64,000 nucleotides of DNA from a virus (lineage: Duplodnaviria > Caudoviricetes). The translations under genes and the position numbers were made by a program. The first letter of the stretch is position 1. Each line of letters starts with the position of its first letter. The stretch spans positions 5,442-69,441 of the IMG/VR virus record IMGVR_UViG_2636415918_000004. The stretch is one strand, 5' to 3'. Below, in pieces: positions 56,937-64,000 of this stretch. The notes below the pieces were generated by a model that did not search any database, was not told where the DNA came from, and saw only the letters and a program-made list of their open reading frames with translations.

Positions 56937-57815
56937 ATGAATGCCCTAAACAATAATACTGAATACGCCTACGCACTTGGTCAAACAAGCTTACAAGAAA
57001 CAGCAAAAACTGTTGGTTCTGTACCTTTTGTTGTCGTGCCTGAAGGTAGTTCAGTTCATCAATTTCATGAAGTTTTAGAACGCCCTTTGCATCTGAAGCA
57101 AAACGTTAAATTGAACACTGCTAAAGATTTCATTGCATATGTAGAGCGTTTTGCAGATCTTAACACCATTGTTTTTGTCAATGTGTTGGCTGGTCAAGTA
57201 AAGGCTGTTCTTGATTATCATCAAGTTGAAAATAAGCATGAAAATGGTACTGATGCTGTTCCGCGTCATTGTCATCATGTCGCAAACTTCACAGTAGAAA
57301 AAACACCTGAATTTCAAAAAATCGAAAATAACTCAGGTAAAAAATTCAGTCAGACTGAATTTGCATTGTTCATTGAAGATGTAATGCCATACATCAACCA
57401 ACCTGATGCAGCTGTTCTCCATGAAATCGTTCAAACATTGAATGCAAAAACCAATGTCGATTTTAAATCTGGTGTTCGCACTGACAACGGTCAAGTCCAA
57501 CTTCAATATAACGAAACCATTGAAGCACGAGCTGGTGTAGCTGGAAATTTAACTATTCCTGAAAAAATTGTATTTGGTATTCAAGTACATCGTGGCGGTG
57601 AACATTACGCCCTTCCTGCTCGTTTCCGTTATCGCATTAAAGATGGTGATATCACCTTCTGGTATGACCTAGATCAACTTGAAAAAGCCATCGAAAAGTC
57701 TATGGAAGATACTGTTGAATATATCCGTAATGGAAAAACAATTCTTAAAGATGATCAAGAAGTTCTATTACCAAGTGTACCTGCCTACGTGACAATTTTG
57801 GAAGGTTCACTTTAA
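56937..57815 (+). CDS. DUF2303 (YfdQ-like) protein
   Basis: AVLDYH, FSQTEFALFIED and ARFRYRI. Confidence 0.8.
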   Translation: MNALNNNTEYAYALGQTSLQETAKTVGSVPFVVVPEGSSVHQFHEVLERPLHLKQNVKLNTAKDFIAYVERFADLNTIVFVNVLAGQVKAVLDYHQVENKHENGTDAVPRHCHHVANFTVEKTPEFQKIENNSGKKFSQTEFALFIEDVMPYINQPDAAVLHEIVQTLNAKTNVDFKSGVRTDNGQVQLQYNETIEARAGVAGNLTIPEKIVFGIQVHRGGEHYALPARFRYRIKDGDITFWYDLDQLEKAIEKSMEDTVEYIRNGKTILKDDQEVLLPSVPAYVTILEGSL

Positions 57816-57926
57816 TTTTTATTAAATTTAAAGCACAAAAAAAGCCCTGCTAATCTTGGCGGATTCAGGGCTTCTTAGGGTCAATCTTCATTGCATTTAG
57901 CAAGAAAATTATGGAACGAGAGCATT

Positions 57927-58385
57927 ATGGAACAAAAGCTATCTCAAAACAATATTACATTTAGTTTCTCAAATGTAATGTTTATTTCGGCAGTTATCGC
58001 ATTAATTGTGATCGTAGGAATTACTATCGCATTTTCTCAACCTGTAAGCTCTAAAGCTGATGAAACATTTATTCCTAATACACGCCCTTCTAACTTGGGC
58101 GTGATCTATCTTTCAATTACTTCAAAAGATTCAGGTATAGGAACAGTCAACCTTGATGGTTATCTTGTCCCAGTTGATTTCAAGTTTGAAGCCAAATTAA
58201 GGGATTATGGAGTAACTGAAAGCCAATATCCCGATGTAACTATTACAAGTCTGGATATCGGCAAAATTAAAAATAGTGTGACCGGCGAATTTGTGGATGA
58301 CTTCACAATTTACCAAGACCATAAACAGATCAACGAAGCAATTAAAAACTTTATTGAGTCTAATAAATTGGTGGAGGTTCGCTAA
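57927..58385 (+). CDS. Membrane-anchored hypothetical protein
   Basis: One N-terminal transmembrane helix; start taken at MEQKL. Confidence 0.55.
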   Translation: MEQKLSQNNITFSFSNVMFISAVIALIVIVGITIAFSQPVSSKADETFIPNTRPSNLGVIYLSITSKDSGIGTVNLDGYLVPVDFKFEAKLRDYGVTESQYPDVTITSLDIGKIKNSVTGEFVDDFTIYQDHKQINEAIKNFIESNKLVEVR

Positions 58386-58966
58386 TGTCTACAGCAGCCC
58401 AACACCCGAATCAAGATCCATTCGAAGCTTTCAATCAAACGATTAGCCCTGCTCAAATGCTTGAATCTTTAAGCAAAGGCATCGGTATTGAATATGCAGA
58501 AGTGGATACAAAAGACTGGACCTTCATAGAAAAGAATTGCCCAATTTCAATTGCAGATATTTTTAGCGGTTGCCTTAAGTTTCGCTTTTCAATGAAAACT
58601 TATGAGACTCAAAAGCATAAGGAAAAATCTTCAAAGTATTTCTGCGAATACTTAAATAACGATGGTGATGGTAATGAACGTTATCGCGTGGGATTCGAGA
58701 ATTACTCTGTTTATGTACTTAAGCGCAATCCTAATTCTAAATTGCCTATGGGTTTAAGCAAATACGTAACTTGGGGAACTCAGTTAAACGGTTTTGATTT
58801 TTATATTGAACGAAATGGTCAATTAGTTGCTATTACACCGTCCGAAAAAGTCACACCTTATCTATATAAAGCTAGACAAGCAAAAGAGTTAGTACGTCGT
58901 ACTAAATACCTTGATGAAAAAGGTTTTTTCAAAACTGATCCTAAACAACGCAAGATTTTAGGTTAG
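58385..58966 (+). CDS. Hypothetical protein
   Basis: ggagg RBS; coupled ORF. Confidence 0.6.
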   Translation: MSTAAQHPNQDPFEAFNQTISPAQMLESLSKGIGIEYAEVDTKDWTFIEKNCPISIADIFSGCLKFRFSMKTYETQKHKEKSSKYFCEYLNNDGDGNERYRVGFENYSVYVLKRNPNSKLPMGLSKYVTWGTQLNGFDFYIERNGQLVAITPSEKVTPYLYKARQAKELVRRTKYLDEKGFFKTDPKQRKILG

Positions 58967-58978
58967 GAGGTTGCGATC

Positions 58979-59719
58979 ATGGAAAATGGTAACAACCAAA
59001 ACATGGATTTATGGCATTCAGTTTGTATTACTGATCCGACACAAACAAAAAAGATTGAAGGTAAACCGTATCAAGGAACTTCACCAAAAGCTTATTGGTT
59101 AATTCAAAGAGCTACTGAGACCTTCGGACCTATAGGTCACGGTTGGGGCGTAGATGTTAAAGATCATGGATTCCAAAAAATTGATGATGTGACTATACAC
59201 CATTGGATAGTAATCACACTTTGGTACATGAAAGATGGTCAAAAATGCTGTTTTGATCAAACTGCTGGTTCAAAGGCTTTATATAAAGCAAGCACTGGAC
59301 TGGTTTATGACGAAGACGCGATTAAGAAGTCAAAAACAAATGCAACTGTTAAAGCTTTAAGTCTCCTGGGGTTTGCTGGCGATATTCATGCTGGATACTG
59401 GAATGCACCAGGTTATCAGCAAAGAGCTTTTGACCATTATTACAGTAATTCTAAGACTGTAAATTCAAATCAGCAAGCTCACCAGCAACAGGCCACAGGC
59501 GTTAAAGAAACTAAAGACGTTCAACAAAATGTGAGTGAATCCAAGCCTAAGCGCACTGAAAACCAGCTTTTTAATGATGCAATTTCAGCAATTAACAAAG
59601 CTACTGATACTTCCGTTTTAGATGCTGCATATAACCGTTTTAAAGGCACTACTTTCGAAAAAGCCATCGTTGCAGCATGTAAGAACAAAAAAACTCATGA
59701 GCGATGGGGCCAAGCCTAA
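58979..59719 (+). CDS. Rad52/Sak-like single-strand annealing protein
   Basis: TDP..TK, ATETFGPIGHGWG and DEDAIKKSKTNATVKALSLLGFAGDI. Confidence 0.7.
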   Translation: MENGNNQNMDLWHSVCITDPTQTKKIEGKPYQGTSPKAYWLIQRATETFGPIGHGWGVDVKDHGFQKIDDVTIHHWIVITLWYMKDGQKCCFDQTAGSKALYKASTGLVYDEDAIKKSKTNATVKALSLLGFAGDIHAGYWNAPGYQQRAFDHYYSNSKTVNSNQQAHQQQATGVKETKDVQQNVSESKPKRTENQLFNDAISAINKATDTSVLDAAYNRFKGTTFEKAIVAACKNKKTHERWGQA

Positions 59720-59767
59720 ATTTTGGTGCCCTTCTCTAAAGCTATCTATTAAATATTGGAAAAGTAA

Positions 59768-60016
59768 ATGAATACAAAAGTTAATTTGCCTATTTACACC
59801 GAACAACAAGTCAAAACGATTGTTCGCTCAGTTATTGAATCAAAGCCTGACAATCTTTTTGCTGAGGTCTTGCATGTATTTGAAAAGCCTTTGATCGAGG
59901 AGTTGCTACTTCAAGAGAGAGGAAACCAAACTCGTGTAGCCATGCGCTTAGGTTTAAATCGAGGTACGCTGCGTAAAAAATTACATGCACATGGCATTTT
60001 GAAGGAGGTTAATTAA
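59768..60016 (+). CDS. Fis-like HTH protein
   Basis: VFEKPLIEELL...RGNQTRVAMRLGLNRGTLRKKL. Confidence 0.8.
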   Translation: MNTKVNLPIYTEQQVKTIVRSVIESKPDNLFAEVLHVFEKPLIEELLLQERGNQTRVAMRLGLNRGTLRKKLHAHGILKEVN

Positions 60017-60017
60017 T

Positions 60018-60953
60018 ATGGAAATATTAAAAATCTCTGAAAAGCAATTGTCTGGTGAATTTCAGTTTCACAGCCTTAAAGTTGATTTGAGAACTCAAAA
60101 TAAAGCCGATGTATTGAAATGTTTTGTTCAGTTGGATTTCTACGTTACTTCAGCGACTTCAATAATCGAAAGTGATGAATTTCTTTTTGTCCAAGACAAT
60201 GGTCGAGTTTTTTCTTGCGAAAATGCGATTAATTCAGACGGTTATACATGGGTTGATCTTCAGCAGTTAAAAGAAATGGTTATCCTAAGTCGTAATGATG
60301 TCAATGATGCTAACCATACAGATCAAGATGGTTGGAAATGGTTCTTGACCAGTAACAGTGACGGCTACGTGTTTGCAGCTGGCAATGCTCAGCAATTACC
60401 ACGTTGGGATAAATCGCCATTAGATCATGTTGATTTGAAACCAATCGTTAAAGATGAAAATCTACAGGAAAAAGATAATTTTCAAACCATTAAAGTAAAT
60501 GGTCTTGAAGATTTGATTGATGGACGCAAAGCTTTATCAGCCCTATTAGCTTGGGAAAAAGTACAAATTAATTTCCAACCTTGGGATGAACACTTGTGGG
60601 TCAATATCGATCCGACAAAGGATAATTTTTCTATAACAGACTTTTTTAATGATTGTTCTCCGTCAGGGCAAAAAGTATTTTTCCGTTTAAAACCCTCAGT
60701 GATGACGATTAATGGAATTGAATGCTCGCGCCCAGAATTAAACACTGAGGATGACTTAGAGTTATTAGAAAAAGATCAACAATATTGGTTAGTAGACTTA
60801 ACCAGTCCTGATCTTGCGTCTCAATATAAATGGCATGGATCTTCAGAAGAATATTCTTGGGCAGAACGTGGACTAATTCATTTGAAAAAGAAAAATGCAA
60901 TTTCCCATGCTAAAGCATTAATTCAAGCTACCGTAGGGAGTAAAGCGCAATGA
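60018..60953 (+). CDS. Hypothetical multi-domain phage protein
   Basis: Long ORF with RBS. Confidence 0.6.
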   Translation: MEILKISEKQLSGEFQFHSLKVDLRTQNKADVLKCFVQLDFYVTSATSIIESDEFLFVQDNGRVFSCENAINSDGYTWVDLQQLKEMVILSRNDVNDANHTDQDGWKWFLTSNSDGYVFAAGNAQQLPRWDKSPLDHVDLKPIVKDENLQEKDNFQTIKVNGLEDLIDGRKALSALLAWEKVQINFQPWDEHLWVNIDPTKDNFSITDFFNDCSPSGQKVFFRLKPSVMTINGIECSRPELNTEDDLELLEKDQQYWLVDLTSPDLASQYKWHGSSEEYSWAERGLIHLKKKNAISHAKALIQATVGSKAQ

Positions 60954-62596
60954 AACATACTGTACTTGTTCCCCTTGCCCTACTTCGTGCTGCTTTAATT
61001 GCATCAAAAGATGAAGATGAATGGGATTTCAGAAATTTAGATGCAATCGCAATCAACAAAGGACACATTGTTGCAACGGATGGGTGCATCCTTTTTTATG
61101 CAAAATTGGAAAATGTCGAAAATGATATTTCCTTTATTATTCCTAAAGCTTATGCCCAAAGCTTTATAAATAAAACTGAATGTTATTCTGGTTTGATTAA
61201 TTGTCAGATTTCATATGATACGGAAACCAAAATAGGTTTAATTGAAATTCCAAATCATCATAATGCTTATGAAGGTTTCAAAATATTTTTAAGCGAATCA
61301 TACATTGACTGGCAGAAAGTTTTACCTACAAACGATGTCGAATACAAAGGCTTTGTTCGTTTTGGTGGGGATTACATTAAAAAACTTGAGGAAATTTCAG
61401 GCTTACTAGGCAGTATTTGTCGCCATAATTTGAAACCAACAGGATTAGCCAAAGCAGCGAATATTAATTTTACATTTAGTGATTTTGAAAATGTAAATGC
61501 TATTTTGATGCCTAGAAATAACAATCCTGATGCAGAACTATTTTGTGTAGCTATCTCAGATAGTCATAAAGATGAAGAATCACTGTTACCAGCTGCAACC
61601 GCAGAATTAGCATTTAAAGCTGCACAACGTCTGAGAAAAGACTTTATCTTTAATCCAAGATTTTCAGATGACTATTCACCATTTAGTGATGGTGCAAGTT
61701 GGATTTATCCAACCGTCTGGAATGGTTCTAAAGATGCTCATGCAGATCAATTAGAAATTACAGAAGAATGGTTTTCTAAACCATTAAAACGTTATGACGA
61801 TGCCGGATTAGCGATTAAATACATACAAGCAGTTAATGATTGTGTTGAATGTTATCTTGCCGATGAATCAATCATAGCAACAACTGTAGAACAAGTAACT
61901 AAGTTCTTTAATGAAAATAAAGCTTTGATCAAGGCAAAGCTTTGGAGTGTAAATATTCCTGAAGAACCAGATTCAGCGCCAATATTACACCCTGTCCCAT
62001 CTCAGAAAATTGGAAAGCAATTAGTCCACAGACTAAAACAAGAAGCTTTAAAGCAATTCCCTACTGTTGGCCAATCTATTGCTGATGCAGTAACAATTGA
62101 AGAATGGAAAGGTGCTGAAGCTGAACATACTGAGTATTTAAAATCAAATCCGAAATGGTGGAATGACACAACGTTTTTGGAGGAAAAAGCTTCACCTATA
62201 ATTCCTATCGAAACGCCGAAAACTTTATTAGTAAAAGCACTTGTTCAATTTTGGGAAGATTCAACAATTAATGGTGTTGAAGATACCAATGATGGTGCAA
62301 ATGTCCCATGTAAAGACGGTGAAATTTGGAGCCCAAAAATCAATATTGAATCTGGAATTATTGAAAATTGGGAAATCGGAAAAACAGCAAAAATTCACTA
62401 CAAAGTTTCTAATTGCTGCAGTTGGGAATTATTAGACGCAAATGGCAATGTCATCAAATCTCAAGATGGCTATGTGCCTAGAACCCTTTCCCCTGCTGAT
62501 TATGGTTTTGGCGACTACATAATTATGAATATTGATGAAAATGGTCAGATCGAAAACTGGGAATTCAATTCAAAAGATTTTGAGGTAACAGTATGA
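60950..62596 (+). CDS. Multi-domain protein with an N-terminal beta-clamp-like domain
   Basis: LLRAALIA...IVATDG...YIDWQKVLP...AILMP resembles DnaN-like phage proteins. Confidence 0.55.
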   Translation: MKHTVLVPLALLRAALIASKDEDEWDFRNLDAIAINKGHIVATDGCILFYAKLENVENDISFIIPKAYAQSFINKTECYSGLINCQISYDTETKIGLIEIPNHHNAYEGFKIFLSESYIDWQKVLPTNDVEYKGFVRFGGDYIKKLEEISGLLGSICRHNLKPTGLAKAANINFTFSDFENVNAILMPRNNNPDAELFCVAISDSHKDEESLLPAATAELAFKAAQRLRKDFIFNPRFSDDYSPFSDGASWIYPTVWNGSKDAHADQLEITEEWFSKPLKRYDDAGLAIKYIQAVNDCVECYLADESIIATTVEQVTKFFNENKALIKAKLWSVNIPEEPDSAPILHPVPSQKIGKQLVHRLKQEALKQFPTVGQSIADAVTIEEWKGAEAEHTEYLKSNPKWWNDTTFLEEKASPIIPIETPKTLLVKALVQFWEDSTINGVEDTNDGANVPCKDGEIWSPKINIESGIIENWEIGKTAKIHYKVSNCCSWELLDANGNVIKSQDGYVPRTLSPADYGFGDYIIMNIDENGQIENWEFNSKDFEVTV

Positions 62597-63369
62597 ATAT
62601 TGGAACTTTTTCTAATGAAATACAGTCATGGATTGCTGTTAATTCATTTGCTGCTGAAGATGCACATCCTAATTCACCAATTATTGATGCAAATGAGCTT
62701 GCGGATTTTATTAGTAGTCTTGTTTCTAAGCATCATGATGAAGCCAATATATCTAATTTGAGTCCAGATACAAATAAGCTAATTGATAACTTTGCACATC
62801 AAATGAAAGTTAAATTAGTCAAAGCCCAAGAAAAATATGGGTTCAAAGACGACTGGAAAAATTCAGATTGGGAAACTAAATGCCGGGTGGACTTGTACCA
62901 ACATCTAAATAAAGGTGATCCAATTGATGTCGCTAACTATTGTGCATTTTCAAATTACCATGGTTGGTCTACTAAATTTGAAAATTCAGCATATTCGCTT
63001 ATGCCTAGAGAACCAAACGCAGAAATGATGGTTAAAGCTCTTGAAGCCATCAAATCTGAGATTGGTAAAGAACATATAGATGTCAAAATTATCCATGCTT
63101 GGAGCGAAATGTTTGCTGCATTTAATGGAATTATTAAACCTCAAATAAACCTTGGTATCACCCTCACTTGTGAAGCATTACTTGAAGCATTTCAATTTGG
63201 TGCACCAGATTACGACAATGAAGATTCTACTGCTGATATTCAAAATCAACTTTCCACTGAAATGACAATTGTCTGGTGGGAAAATGGTCATAGTGGTAAT
63301 GGATACTATGCTTATTACACTGAATACCCAGAAGAAGGTTCAATTAAATTGGGTGGTAATGATGAGTAA
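62593..63369 (+). CDS. Hypothetical protein with a MazG-like helical domain
   Basis: MKVKLVKAQEKYG...HLNKGDPIDVANYCAF. Confidence 0.5.
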   Translation: MNIGTFSNEIQSWIAVNSFAAEDAHPNSPIIDANELADFISSLVSKHHDEANISNLSPDTNKLIDNFAHQMKVKLVKAQEKYGFKDDWKNSDWETKCRVDLYQHLNKGDPIDVANYCAFSNYHGWSTKFENSAYSLMPREPNAEMMVKALEAIKSEIGKEHIDVKIIHAWSEMFAAFNGIIKPQINLGITLTCEALLEAFQFGAPDYDNEDSTADIQNQLSTEMTIVWWENGHSGNGYYAYYTEYPEEGSIKLGGNDE

Positions 63370-63805
63370 TTTATTAGGCAAAATCGAATTAATTATTCGT
63401 GATATTTGTGAACTTTCAGATAGATCAAGCCCTGAAGAATACCCTGATCATTTGCTTGTTCTACCAGATGAACTAGAAATGTTTATTAGTCAACGTTTGG
63501 CTGAATGTTTCCCAAATATTTTAGAAGCAGCTACAGAAATCTGGTGTGACAATGGCATGATTAATCGTCATGAGCCATACGGTGTAAAAGTTGAATTATT
63601 AAATCAATGGTTGATGACTTTAGACAGCAATGAATTAATGTTGGCTGAAACAGAGCTGTCTAAATTAAGCGAAGATGATCTTCATACTCTATGCTGCGGT
63701 GAAGAAACAGAACAAGAGCGCATTGGTTCGCCATTCATCAATGAATTTCTAAATAGAATTTTTGATGAAGAATATGAGCCAAAACCGAACTTGGAGGATT
63801 CTTAA
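63359..63805 (+). CDS. Hypothetical protein
   Basis: Start coupled to the upstream stop. Confidence 0.55.
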   Translation: MMSNLLGKIELIIRDICELSDRSSPEEYPDHLLVLPDELEMFISQRLAECFPNILEAATEIWCDNGMINRHEPYGVKVELLNQWLMTLDSNELMLAETELSKLSEDDLHTLCCGEETEQERIGSPFINEFLNRIFDEEYEPKPNLEDS

Positions 63806-64000
63806 ATGGGGAAATTAATATTAACAATATTGGTATTACTAGGAATCTTTGGCTTAGCTTGCATATTTTGCTTTGTTTTAAACCTATTGACTTGGCTAAT
63901 AGGTGGCATGGCTACTTTAATTATCATTTTGCTTGCTGCTGGAGTTTTTATTTATCAAGTTGTTTTGCCTGAAATGAAAGAGGATACGGAGGGAATTTAA
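63806..64000 (+). CDS. Small two-helix membrane protein
   Basis: ggagg RBS; two hydrophobic segments. Confidence 0.6.
   Translation: MGKLILTILVLLGIFGLACIFCFVLNLLTWLIGGMATLIIILLAAGVFIYQVVLPEMKEDTEGI

Larger units (their letters stand above)
1..64000. mobile_element. Temperate phage/prophage region: P1-like contractile-tail virion module plus lambdoid immunity and replication module; ends lie outside the window
   Basis: Continuous phage gene content (portal, capsid, terminase, sheath, baseplate, cI/cro, replication initiator) with no host housekeeping gene, integrase or att site visible. Confidence 0.95.

Noticed and set aside
1-64000. tRNA/rRNA genes, IS elements, integrase or att sites
   Set aside because: None recognisable by eye in this window

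Overview
AT-rich (roughly mid-30s %GC by eye) segment of a temperate myovirus, most likely an Acinetobacter-type prophage (host is inferred). Bases 1-42100 (all minus strand) are a P1-like virion module: Dar-type antirestriction/internal head proteins (DarB-like helicase-methyltransferase, DdrB-like polyvalent protein, DarA, Hdf), portal, major capsid protein, prohead protease, tail tube, a sheath split into two genes, baseplate, tail fibres, tape measure, and a large terminase with a mini-intein. Bases 42100-64000 are lambdoid: small accessory genes, PacA-like small terminase, RusA, DUF1376 replication initiator with iterons, two DNA methyltransferases, antirepressor, a cro/cI switch with five 17-bp operators, and a plus-strand early arm. 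Main unusual observations: (1) an intact but catalytically dead paralog of the large terminase right next to the real one, with its own late promoter; (2) about 15 copies of a putative late promoter TGGAAC-N29-(C/T/A)AAAAT, usually with the -10-like hexamer in a hairpin that would hide the ribosome-binding site; (3) a recurrent F-D-[S/A/G/N/D] motif in head proteins that looks like an Asp-specific prohead-protease site and separates the domains of the DdrB-like polyprotein; (4) a Tad1-like anti-defence sponge. All family calls are from motif recognition by eye; no searches were run.
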